A DNA stretch of 64,000 nt from Verrucomicrobiota bacterium (GTDB taxonomy: Bacteria > Verrucomicrobiota > Verrucomicrobiia > Chthoniobacterales > UBA10450): contig QHPD01000098.1 in the NCBI GenBank assembly GCA_003218975.1, positions 11,880-75,879 on the forward strand, in the 5' to 3' direction. Shown here piece after piece: positions 10,072-19,122 of the stretch (its first letter is position 1; each line of letters opens with the position of its first letter). Position numbers and translations under genes: made by a program. The notes under the pieces were generated by a model that saw nothing but the letters and a program-made list of their open reading frames with translations, ran no database searches and had not been told where the DNA came from.

Positions 10072-11268
10072 TTGCAAAGAAGTGTTACGGACACCAGACT
10101 AGTTTTCGAATTGAAATTGCCGGAATCAAAAGGGGTTCTCTGGGGCGGCGTAGCAGCTCTCGTGCTGATTTTCGTAGTGGCGTCCTATTTCGTCATGCCA
10201 GTGGCGGAAGTTGCGGTGGTGCGTCGTGGAACCGCCATTTCTGCCGTTTACGGCACCGTGCGGATCGAACCGGCGTTCGTTGTGCGCATTCGAGCGCAAA
10301 ATGACGGCTTTATCCAACTGGCGGAATCTTTCTCCGCCGGTCGTGGGGCGATCGGCAAAAGCGTAGAAAAAGGTCAGTTGCTGGCGACGATCGCCGACGA
10401 GGAAACCGCCCGGGAATTAAAACAAGCGCGCGCCGATTTGCAGGCCGCCATCCAGCGCGCCGCGCTCCCGCTTCCCTCTTCCGAGTTGCTCAAGGCAGCT
10501 GAAGACAATCTTCAACGGCTCGAGAAGGTCGTCGGCTCTGGCAACGTGCCAGCAGTCGAATTCGAGAAGGCGAAGAGCGAAGCGAACCGCCTGCGTGGCG
10601 CTTTGGAGACAGAGCGAATTGAGCGGGACCGCAATCTCAACTCGCTCGAAGAAACGACGAAAAAACTGGAGGGGGAGATGAAGAACGCCGAAGTCCGGTC
10701 GCCGATCGATGGACTTCTCACCAATGTCCAGACGATCGATGGCGAACTCGTTTCGGACGGCAACGAGCTTTTCACAGTCTCTTCACGCAAGAATTATGTT
10801 CGCGGCGAAGTAAACGAGGAAGACGTGGGCGAAGTGAAACCCGGAATGAAAGCAAAACTCCAATTGTACGCCTATCGCACACGGTCTTTCACTGCACGCG
10901 TCACCTCGGTCCAGCCGGCAGCCGATCCAACCACGCAGCGATATACCGTGGTGCTCGAAATGCAAAATCCGCCGGACAATCTAATGACTGGAATGACCGG
11001 AGAGATGAACATCATCACCGGTGCCCATCAAAATGCTCTTCTCGTGCCAACGCGCGCGCTCCTTGTCGATCAAGCGCTCGTCGTGAAACAGGGAATTGTT
11101 AATCCGCGCACGGTGAACGTTGGATTTCGCACCCTCGATTTCACAGAGGCGCTGAGTGGCTTGGCCGAAGGCGACCGCGTAATCGTTTCCGCCCAGGACA
11201 AATTCCGTCCCGGCGAAGCAGTACGGCAGCGAATGGTCAGCTCACCCCTCATGCCAACGGAACCGTGA
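10072..11268 (+). CDS. HlyD/MacA/DevB-type periplasmic membrane-fusion protein
   Basis: N-terminal TM, long coiled-coil region (ELKQARADLQAAIQ...), C-terminal beta-barrel pattern of efflux adaptor subunits. Confidence 0.85.
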   Translation: MQRSVTDTRLVFELKLPESKGVLWGGVAALVLIFVVASYFVMPVAEVAVVRRGTAISAVYGTVRIEPAFVVRIRAQNDGFIQLAESFSAGRGAIGKSVEKGQLLATIADEETARELKQARADLQAAIQRAALPLPSSELLKAAEDNLQRLEKVVGSGNVPAVEFEKAKSEANRLRGALETERIERDRNLNSLEETTKKLEGEMKNAEVRSPIDGLLTNVQTIDGELVSDGNELFTVSSRKNYVRGEVNEEDVGEVKPGMKAKLQLYAYRTRSFTARVTSVQPAADPTTQRYTVVLEMQNPPDNLMTGMTGEMNIITGAHQNALLVPTRALLVDQALVVKQGIVNPRTVNVGFRTLDFTEALSGLAEGDRVIVSAQDKFRPGEAVRQRMVSSPLMPTEP

Positions 11269-12500
11269 CCCCACCGCTTTACATCGCTCTGCGTTTTTTG
11301 ACCCATCGCAAACGGGCCTTACTTCTGAGCCTCAGCGGCGTCGTTTTCGGTGTGGCGATTTTTATCTGCACGCAGGCGCAGACCCAGGGCTTCGCGCGCT
11401 ACTTCATTGATTCGACCATCGGCAGCAACGGCGCGCTGGTTATCAGATCGCGTTTCCGTCCGCGCTACGAGCCGCTGATGGTTTCGGCGAAACGTTCTAA
11501 CGGAACGGTGGGGCGCCGCCTGTATTTTGAAGGCATCACCAACGCGAACGAAATCATGCGGGTAAGCAGACAATTCTCCAATGTGGTTTCGTGTTCGCCG
11601 GTTCTGCGTGGAACAGTCAGCGCTCGCGCGGGATTTGAAAATGCGACTGTCGATCTTTACGGCATCGATCCGGCTCTGCATGCGCAAACGACGGATCTTC
11701 TCCACCAGTTGATTGACGGCAACTTCGACAACTTTCGAAACAATACGAGCTCGATCATTATCGGTTCGCGTCTGGCAGAAATGCTTCAGGCTGGCATCGG
11801 CGACACGGTGCAATTGCTCGCGCCAAATGGGGAGTACTGGCGTTTCACTGTTGCCGCAATTGCGCGCGCGGGGATCGGATCGATTGATTCCACCCGGGTT
11901 TATACACATGCCCGGATCGCGCAGGCCCTTCTGCAACAACCTTCCGGCGCGTCGATGATCATTTACAAACTGCGCAATCCGAATCGTGCGCCCGCTCTGG
12001 CCAAACGTTTCGAAGAACTCTTCCAGCATAGCGCAACAAGTTGGCAGGACCGCGAGGAAAGCACACTGCAGCTTTTCCTTACCCTGAGAATGTCCGTCGC
12101 GATCACCGTTTCTCTTATCATCCTGCTCGCCGGTTTCGGTATTTTCAATGTGCTGACGATGTCTGTGCTGGCGAAAGTAAAGGAGATCGCCATTTTGCGT
12201 TCGATGGGTTACCGCCGGATCGATATCAGCGCGATCTTTTTGTGGCAGGGCGCGCTGATCGCGGCGGCCGGATCGCTGCTCGGCTGCGCGCTTGGCGCGC
12301 TGATGACGTGGGGAGTGTCTCATATTCCCATCCGAATCCGCGGTTTGCTGTACACGAATTACTTTCTGGTGACATGGGATTGGCGGCACTATCTCTTTGC
12401 AACATTTTTGGCCATCCTGGCCGTCTTTATCGCGAGTTATGTTCCGGCGCGTCGTGCCGCTGAGTTGCCTCCGGTTGCCACGATTAGAGGTTCCAGATGA
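11265..12500 (+). CDS. ABC transporter permease, FtsX/LolC/DevC-type
   Basis: MacB/LolC-like topology: N-terminal TM (YIALRFLTHRKRALLLSLSGV), large periplasmic domain, C-terminal FtsX TM bundle. 4-nt overlaps with both neighbours. Confidence 0.85.
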   Translation: MTPPLYIALRFLTHRKRALLLSLSGVVFGVAIFICTQAQTQGFARYFIDSTIGSNGALVIRSRFRPRYEPLMVSAKRSNGTVGRRLYFEGITNANEIMRVSRQFSNVVSCSPVLRGTVSARAGFENATVDLYGIDPALHAQTTDLLHQLIDGNFDNFRNNTSSIIIGSRLAEMLQAGIGDTVQLLAPNGEYWRFTVAAIARAGIGSIDSTRVYTHARIAQALLQQPSGASMIIYKLRNPNRAPALAKRFEELFQHSATSWQDREESTLQLFLTLRMSVAITVSLIILLAGFGIFNVLTMSVLAKVKEIAILRSMGYRRIDISAIFLWQGALIAAAGSLLGCALGALMTWGVSHIPIRIRGLLYTNYFLVTWDWRHYLFATFLAILAVFIASYVPARRAAELPPVATIRGSR

Positions 12501-13213
12501 ACGCGGATACTTGCCTCAGCTGCGAAGCGATCGAACGCTATCTGGGCGAGGCGGAGGAGCGCGTTCACGCGCTGCGCGGTGTGTCGCTCGATGTCGATGC
12601 CGGAAGTATCCACGCCGTTGTCGGCCCGTCCGGCTGCGGGAAAAGCACGTTGCTCTATGTTCTCGGACTGCTCGATCTGCCCGATGCCGGCCGCGTTTCG
12701 ATCGAATCCGAGCCCGTGTCTCATTTGAGCGATGATGAACTGGCTTTTAAACGGAGCAAGTTCATCGGCTTCATTTTTCAGTTTCATTTTCTGATGGAAG
12801 ATTTTACTGCGCAGGAAAACGTGATGATTCCGATGCGCAAGCTCGGGCAACTTTCCGATAGCAAGATGCGCCAGCGCGCCGCGCGCCTGCTGGAAGCGGT
12901 TGGATTAGGTGACAAATTGCGGAGGCCCAGCCGACATCTTTCGGGAGGCGAACAACAGCGGGTAGCGATCGCGCGCGCGCTGGCCAACGATCCGCGCGTA
13001 ATCCTGGCGGACGAACCGACCGGCAATCTCGACACCGCCAATTCCGAGCGCGCGTTTGAACTACTGCAAAACATCGTGCAGGAGGGCGGGAAAGCCTTGC
13101 TTCTGGCGACCCATAATCCCGTCATCGCCGATGCTTGCGATTGGATTCACGAAATGAAAGATGGCTGCATTGTCGCCAGCCACCCGCGCGGCGCGCGACG
13201 TTCGATCTTTTAA
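12497..13213 (+). CDS. ABC transporter ATP-binding protein, LolD/DevA/MacB-type
   Basis: Walker A GPSGCGKST, signature LSGGEQQRVAIARAL, Walker B ILADEPTGNLD, and a LolD-like FIFQFHFL..ENV segment. Confidence 0.9.
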   Translation: MNADTCLSCEAIERYLGEAEERVHALRGVSLDVDAGSIHAVVGPSGCGKSTLLYVLGLLDLPDAGRVSIESEPVSHLSDDELAFKRSKFIGFIFQFHFLMEDFTAQENVMIPMRKLGQLSDSKMRQRAARLLEAVGLGDKLRRPSRHLSGGEQQRVAIARALANDPRVILADEPTGNLDTANSERAFELLQNIVQEGGKALLLATHNPVIADACDWIHEMKDGCIVASHPRGARRSIF

Positions 13214-13312
13214 GTCGCGTTCGAACCATTCGCAGGAGTCCGATTGCGAGGCATAAGGATACGCTGCAGACAGTTGGCAGTGCGCGGCATCCGCCGTTAG
13301 TCTCGCGGGGCG

Positions 13313-14584
13313 ATGGAGAACATCCTGCCAATCATAATCGCGGATGCACCCGAGGCGTTGATTGAATTGTGCGGCGTGAACTTACTCGAACGTCTGCTCC
13401 GCATTTTACAACGGCTCGGATTTCGCCACGCGGTTGTTTTTTCGACCACGCCGGAAATCGTCGGAGGTGAATTAGCGAAGCGCTCATGGCCGCGCGAACA
13501 AGTAATTGTCCATCTCGTCTCAGGCACAGTTGGATCCCTTACTGCCCAGCTGCTTTTAGAACAAAGACCGTCCGAGCGCTTCTTAATAGTACCAGCAAAC
13601 ATTTATTGTGACGCTCGTTTGCTTGCCGCCCTCTGCGCGAAAAATTCATCCGCCGCGCTTATCGATTCAAATCCACCGGAATTCGCGCGATCTTTAGTCC
13701 GAAATCCGTGTGGGCCGGTCTTGGTCACAAGGGATTTTCTCCTTGCATTTTCACCCGCCGCGCCGCTTTTTGAGGAACTCAAAAACAAGATCGACTACCG
13801 CAAGATCGATGTCGTCGACACAGCGGAGGAAGACGATTACATCGTCAGCATGCGTCGGCGCGTGCGGCCACTTTGTTTCCCGGTGTCGGCGGAGCAGGAC
13901 TGTCGCCTGGCTGAGCGTGTCATTCTTGATTCCGCCCAAAAGGGAACGCTCGACTTGCCGGCTTACATCCACGGACCGATCGAAACGCGAATCATCTCAC
14001 TTCTTTGCAAAACGCGAATCACGCCGAACCAAATTACGATTGCGGGTTTCATCATCGGAAGCAGCGCTACGGCGGCATTTGCGGTTGGCCGTATCGGACT
14101 CGGAATCCTCGCTGCTCTGACTTTTGGTATCGTCGATGGACTCGACGGGAAGCAGTCGCGCGTCAAAATTGAAACGACCGAGCGCGGCAAGTGGGAACAT
14201 CATCTCGATTATCTCATCGAGAATTCGTGGTGGGCGGCTATCGCCTTTTATTTGTGGCGAAGCGGCCAGTTTCCAAACGTGTTCTATTTTTTCGCTTTGC
14301 TCGTCGGATCGCACTTGTTAGATGAATTCGCGAAACGGCGGGCCAAGACCGTAAAAGGCCGCCTGCTCGATGACGTTACGCCATTCGACCGAGCTTTCCG
14401 GCTGATCGCGGCTCGGAGAAACGTTTACGTTTGGATGCTGGCGTGCGGTTTTTTGCTAGGCGCTTTTCCGCAGAGTTACGCGTTCATCTGTGGATGGGCT
14501 GCCTTCAGTGCTGCCATTCATCTCGTCCGTTCCCTCTGGATTTGTAACGCGCACGGACCGCACGTTATTGATTCGCGGACTTGA
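13313..14584 (+). CDS. fusion of a nucleotidyltransferase-like domain and a CDP-alcohol phosphotransferase-like membrane domain (IPCT/DIPPS-like architecture, divergent motifs)
   Basis: The N-terminal about 200 aa have a GT-A/NTP-transferase-like pattern but lack the G-x-G-x-R loop. The C-terminal polytopic domain has DGLDGKQSR-x8-G, but the distal Asp pair is displaced (GKWEHHLDYLIE). Confidence 0.6.
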   Translation: MENILPIIIADAPEALIELCGVNLLERLLRILQRLGFRHAVVFSTTPEIVGGELAKRSWPREQVIVHLVSGTVGSLTAQLLLEQRPSERFLIVPANIYCDARLLAALCAKNSSAALIDSNPPEFARSLVRNPCGPVLVTRDFLLAFSPAAPLFEELKNKIDYRKIDVVDTAEEDDYIVSMRRRVRPLCFPVSAEQDCRLAERVILDSAQKGTLDLPAYIHGPIETRIISLLCKTRITPNQITIAGFIIGSSATAAFAVGRIGLGILAALTFGIVDGLDGKQSRVKIETTERGKWEHHLDYLIENSWWAAIAFYLWRSGQFPNVFYFFALLVGSHLLDEFAKRRAKTVKGRLLDDVTPFDRAFRLIAARRNVYVWMLACGFLLGAFPQSYAFICGWAAFSAAIHLVRSLWICNAHGPHVIDSRT

Positions 14585-15670
14585 AGAAGGAGACAACATC
14601 GACGGTACGCGCCTGGCGCGCGCGATAATTTCCTTGCCGAGCACAGCGATCGGTTTTTCCACGAGAAGCGAAGCGCTCACTGCGCAATAAACGCCGCAAC
14701 CCTCCTGGCACGACTTCTTGCGATAGTTCGCGTAGAGGTCGTCCAACGTGACATCCATGATGTGCTTGTCCGTATGCACCATGCTGCAAATCCAGAATTT
14801 TCCCTGGGCGGAGACGAAGAATAATTTGTAGCCGGCCATACACGTCCACTCGACGTGCTCGCCACGGAGGAGACTACGTTGGTAATTAAGGATCGCCTCG
14901 CTGGTGTGAATCTTTTCTCCGCGGCGTTTTCGTTCGATCATCGAATCGATAAAGCGCTCGAGTTCTTCGCGCGGCCCGCGATCGACGCGAAACCGATTCA
15001 ATGGGTCTGCATGCACGAGACGGACTTCAGTCGGAATTCCCCGCGACAAACCGGTCTCAAGCACTGCTTGCGATTCGGGCAAAGTATCGGCACAAATCAC
15101 TCCTGTGATATGCAGACTGATTTTTGAATCACGAAAGTAATCGAGCTTGGGCAAAATCGTCTTGAAGGTTTTTCTTGTAATTGGGCTCGGTGTCATCCGG
15201 TCAACGCTGATCTGCATGACCTGCAAGCCGGCCTCTTCCAGTTCCGCGAGAAGCTTACGGGTCAGTAGAAAACCGTTAGTGGTCAGGCTGGTGGCAAAGC
15301 CCAGTTCGCGGCAGTAACGAACGAGTTCCACAATATTTGGATGCGTAAGCGGCTCGCCGCCGACGAGCGCAATGCGCATTGTGCCAAGCTCGCGAATTTT
15401 CCGCAGCCATTTTTTCAAATCGTCGAGGCTCGGATGCGGGCGGCTATTGTCATACTCGGTGCAATAGGCACAATCGAGATTGCAGCGGTCTGTGACATAA
15501 AGGCTGCATTGCAGCGGTTTGCGATCGAAAAGACGCTTACCCGACTCCAAAATGTTATAGCCGGAAAATTCGCGGCCGATTTTGTCGAGAAGTTTCACAC
15601 GATAATGAAAGAACATGCAGTCTACGACAACTTGCCCGCGAAGCAATCGCGCTGGGAGATATCCCTTCAT
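14456..15670 (-). CDS. radical SAM enzyme with a Cys-rich C-terminal (SPASM/twitch-like) region
   Basis: CNLDCAYC (Cx3Cx2C) cluster motif and a MoaA/PqqE-like core. C-terminal cysteines: CMAGY...C...CQEGCGVYC. The ORF is open to 15766; ATG 15670 is the chosen start and is uncertain. Confidence 0.8.
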   Translation of the reverse strand: MKGYLPARLLRGQVVVDCMFFHYRVKLLDKIGREFSGYNILESGKRLFDRKPLQCSLYVTDRCNLDCAYCTEYDNSRPHPSLDDLKKWLRKIRELGTMRIALVGGEPLTHPNIVELVRYCRELGFATSLTTNGFLLTRKLLAELEEAGLQVMQISVDRMTPSPITRKTFKTILPKLDYFRDSKISLHITGVICADTLPESQAVLETGLSRGIPTEVRLVHADPLNRFRVDRGPREELERFIDSMIERKRRGEKIHTSEAILNYQRSLLRGEHVEWTCMAGYKLFFVSAQGKFWICSMVHTDKHIMDVTLDDLYANYRKKSCQEGCGVYCAVSASLLVEKPIAVLGKEIIARARRVPSMLSPSSSPRINNVRSVRVTNPEGTDEMNGSTEGSPSTDERVTLRKSA

Positions 15671-16085
15671 AACGCCCGCGACCTTTCTTGGACCCGAGAA
15701 CCCGCCAGCCATAAGTCGAGCGTCGGCAAGCCTGGGCGTTACCGCCAAGATCCACAGCTGTTCCAAGTGAATGTAGTGTCGATAGAACGACCGACTTGAC
15801 TCCGTGCATCATCGCCGCCGTAACGGCTTTGGTCGCGACTCGGGGATTTAGCGAACATGCCGATATTTTCCAAAAATGATCGCATTCCAACCAGCTGGCC
15901 GTGCGCTCGTAACGTCGATGTCTTGTTTCAATTTGCCGAGAACGACCGATATGTGAGCCGAGAACAGGCTTCTGCTTTTATAGACAGCGCGCCCGCAGAC
16001 AAAACTTCTGCAACGTCATGCCGCGCAAATTACGCCGCGCGAAGACGATTGTCGATCTTGCACTGGGCCTGGCGAGGTGAAACGC

Positions 16086-17249
16086 CTAACGAACCGCAAG
16101 CGAATGTGCCTCAGCGTAAATCACAGAAAGAGGGACCTTTGCCAGACTCGGCACACCCGGAATCTCGATCCAACCGGCCTCATCGAAGAACCACGAACGC
16201 CGATCGACTTTGATAAACAAGTCGTGGATCGGCGAAAACAGATGCAATGGAAGCGTGAACTCGCCGGCAAACGGATGGCCCCGGTAACGAGCGATGCCAA
16301 TGCTGTGATTCGTCGCGCAATCCAACATTTCAAGATCGGCCGAGCAGCCGGGAAGACGGATCTGGCACGCGCGTTTTCGCCCAAGGGAGTCGCGACCCAA
16401 AATGAAAAACTTGTTTCTTTGCATACGAAACGGATTAGCCGAAAAGCGAAGATCGACATCGAGGTTGTCGCGTGTTCGAGAAACGGAATGAACGGCGCCA
16501 TCGCACCAGACAGCGCTCTCGCGTTCGACACGAAGAAAACGTTCCGGGCGCGTGGCGTATCTAAGAAAACGTCGCCTCGACAGTTTGCTTTGCGTTTGAT
16601 GGCGGCGAATTGCGTCACGTTTTGTGGCGGTCTCCACTTCGGATGGCGATAATTCCGCGGCGCGGTCGAAAAACGCGGGGCTGCGGCCGTGCACCAAATA
16701 ATTCCACTGCGAAACTCCCGGTGCCAAAAAGTCGGCGAAGATGAGCCGCATCATCACGGCAACGGCGTTGTGGTCTGGGTGAATGTCGAAGAGTGAAGGC
16801 GCAAGGATGTCTGTGGGTGACCAATCGTCGATCACTTGAGTGAGTCGCGTGAGAGCGCTGTCGCAATCACGCAACAAAAGATCGGTCAAGCCCTGGTCTG
16901 GCAGGCCAAGGAACTGAACGTCCGCAGGGTGGATATCGAGGATGCGCAGTGCGGCCAGCGATTCGGTGCACCGCAATTCTCCCCAGCGTTTTCGATCCGA
17001 TGCGCTCAAGCGCCATCTTCTTTCGACTGCTCGCTGTGGCCAGGGATTGTCATCCCCATTTGTGACGTAGACAATGCGAATGGCCGCTCCAGCGCGAACC
17101 GCTTTCTGGAGAATGACGCTACAAGCCAACGCTTCATCGTCCGGGTGTGGCGCGATCAGCATTAACCTCGAGCGGATATCGAACGTCGGAGCAGTTAAAG
17201 TTAGAAATGACACCCTGGTTAACAGAAGAGAAAGCAAGAGAGCTGGCAA
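16086..17249 (-). CDS. PIG-L/LmbE-family de-N-acetylase with an uncharacterised C-terminal extension of about 170 aa
   Basis: IAPHPDDEALAC and HPDHNAV zinc-ligand motifs of the PIG-L family. The C-terminal half has no motif I recognise. Confidence 0.8.
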   Translation of the reverse strand: MPALLLSLLLTRVSFLTLTAPTFDIRSRLMLIAPHPDDEALACSVILQKAVRAGAAIRIVYVTNGDDNPWPQRAVERRWRLSASDRKRWGELRCTESLAALRILDIHPADVQFLGLPDQGLTDLLLRDCDSALTRLTQVIDDWSPTDILAPSLFDIHPDHNAVAVMMRLIFADFLAPGVSQWNYLVHGRSPAFFDRAAELSPSEVETATKRDAIRRHQTQSKLSRRRFLRYATRPERFLRVERESAVWCDGAVHSVSRTRDNLDVDLRFSANPFRMQRNKFFILGRDSLGRKRACQIRLPGCSADLEMLDCATNHSIGIARYRGHPFAGEFTLPLHLFSPIHDLFIKVDRRSWFFDEAGWIEIPGVPSLAKVPLSVIYAEAHSLAVR

Positions 17250-17274
17250 TTTAATTCAGCTGTCAGACGAGGTA

Positions 17275-19020
17275 CTACCACTCGATCGGTCTGAAATGGC
17301 GATCGACGGCCTGCGCCCAAAAGACCACGAGGTCGTGTCCGGTGGAAGTTTGCACAAAGGTGTGAGTGCCCGGTGAAAGAAAGCGCTCCTTTCCTTCGTA
17401 CCGCTCGCCGTCAAGCATACCCGTTACAGTGCCAACGCCGCGCGCGATGATTTTGTACGAAGCCGGAATGACAATTTGGAATTCAAAGTGCTTCCCGTCG
17501 GTGGATGATTGCAACAACACACCCGCCACCCGCAATCTGTTTCCAATCGGCAAATAATTCTGTTCGACGAATCGGAACGTGGCCGGCGGCATCTTGTCTG
17601 GCAAAATGGCGACACAGGTGCGTGTATCGATGCAACGCTGGATCGCATTGTCCGCCATCAATCCACGCCGGATGCGTTCTTCGGTAAACGTTTCTATAAC
17701 GGGATAAAAGCAACGCTGCCGGAAAACGGTTTCTCCTTTGCGATCAAAAACGAAGTCACCCGGCTCAGTAAGTTTGAGCGTGGCGCGCAAAAGATCACTC
17801 TCCGGTTTCGCCTTGTCTTCCCAGAAAGGATGAACCAACAAGGCCACCAACAATTCGCATACACCGACCAAGGCGGGCATGGGTACGACGCGCCAGATCT
17901 TCGCGATATTTCGATGCTGTGCCCAGCGGTCCGAAATCGTCAGAAATGCGCCCGTACAAATGACAAAGGCGAGCGGATAGAAAGGGAGGTAGTCCTGCCG
18001 CGACAGGAAAGGCCAAAAGGAAACGAGCGCGGTAATAAAGAAGCCGGCCGTGACAAAGACAAAACTCCGGCGCGCCGCCATCGCGGCCTCGGGCATCGCG
18101 GCAACAATCCGACGCGCCCCGAGATTGACGAATAGGAATGCGACAACAAAGATAACCACCCACCATGCGGGATGATTTCTCAAACCGGGCACGAAGTTGT
18201 GATCGAAAACCCAATAGCGGAACTGCGGCCAAATGCCGTTGAGCGCAAACGCGGCCATGATCGTAGCAGGAACAATCAACGCGCTGGCGAAGAACGCTGC
18301 CAACACGCCGAGAATCTGCCCCCAACCGATACCCAGTCGCTCGCGGCCAATGAAAATCAGAGTCGCCGAGCCCCCGACCAAGATCGACATGACGAGGAGC
18401 AATGTCTTCATGGATACGCCAAAGCAAAGACCCATGAGGAAACCCGCGATCAGCGCGCGCCGTGTTGTCAATGAGCCATTGAGCAACACCGACATGCACA
18501 ACAACCAAAGCGGAGCCCAAAGATTGTCCGTCCGGAATTCAACCGAACAAAAAATATAATCGGTGGAAAGTCCCACCAGAATGGCTGCCCAGACGCCGAC
18601 GCGCCGGGAAAAAAGCAGCGATCCGATCCGATAGGTGCACCAGAAGGCAACAATGTAGAGCGGTTGCAAGATGCTCCGCATCCAGTAGAGGATATTACCG
18701 CAATCGCCGATCAGCTTGTAAATCGGTGCGCATAGAATCTGAAACAACGGCATGTGGTTATCAGCCAGATCGCGATACTGAACAAAACCGCGAGCCCAGC
18801 CCCAAACGACGTGCAGATGTTGCGGCTCATCGCTGCCAAACCTGTAGTGCGCGATGGTAACGACCCTCAGAAGAATCAGCGCAATGAGGAGCAAGACCGC
18901 AGAAGTGAATTCGTGCGGGTAGGACAAACCGAAATAATCGGCCATGCGCCGCGTTAACGCTCGTGCTCGGTCGGGTGAAGGAAGCGACGTGGTGGTCGCC
19001 GCAGGTCGCCGGGACATCAT
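17275..19020 (-). CDS. GT-C fold membrane glycosyltransferase (ArnT/PMT, GT39/GT83-like)
   Basis: More than 10 predicted TM segments. First-loop acidic motif (GSDEPQHLH) typical of polyprenyl-phosphate-sugar-dependent GT-C enzymes. Soluble C-terminal domain. Confidence 0.7.
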   Translation of the reverse strand: MMSRRPAATTTSLPSPDRARALTRRMADYFGLSYPHEFTSAVLLLIALILLRVVTIAHYRFGSDEPQHLHVVWGWARGFVQYRDLADNHMPLFQILCAPIYKLIGDCGNILYWMRSILQPLYIVAFWCTYRIGSLLFSRRVGVWAAILVGLSTDYIFCSVEFRTDNLWAPLWLLCMSVLLNGSLTTRRALIAGFLMGLCFGVSMKTLLLVMSILVGGSATLIFIGRERLGIGWGQILGVLAAFFASALIVPATIMAAFALNGIWPQFRYWVFDHNFVPGLRNHPAWWVVIFVVAFLFVNLGARRIVAAMPEAAMAARRSFVFVTAGFFITALVSFWPFLSRQDYLPFYPLAFVICTGAFLTISDRWAQHRNIAKIWRVVPMPALVGVCELLVALLVHPFWEDKAKPESDLLRATLKLTEPGDFVFDRKGETVFRQRCFYPVIETFTEERIRRGLMADNAIQRCIDTRTCVAILPDKMPPATFRFVEQNYLPIGNRLRVAGVLLQSSTDGKHFEFQIVIPASYKIIARGVGTVTGMLDGERYEGKERFLSPGTHTFVQTSTGHDLVVFWAQAVDRHFRPIEW

Positions 19021-19122
19021 TCTCAGCGAGTGCTAGTCCCGGGCACGGATCTTCCGGGCGCTTCAAAGACTTTCCAGCCGTTACGGTGTGGTTTGATTTC
19101 GATAATTGTCAGACTTCCCTGC

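Noticed and set aside
11319-12389. Long antisense ORF (356 aa) opposite the FtsX-type permease. Similar antisense ORFs occur at 7484-8137, 16077-16652, 16121-16618, 17509-18135, 17795-18520, 39208-39879 and 62028-62575.
   Set aside because: Their translations are Arg/Pro/Gly-rich and low-complexity with no motifs. Each lies fully inside a well-supported gene on the other strand. These are typical shadow ORFs of GC-rich coding DNA.
382-17249. Mycothiol-like pathway (MIPS + PIG-L/MshB-like deacetylase + GNAT/MshD-like acetyltransferase).
   Set aside because: No MshA-type GT4 or MshC cysteine ligase is present. The GNAT gene sits in an operon with SPT, a ceramide-type desaturase and a hydroxylase, so a lipid pathway explains the context better.
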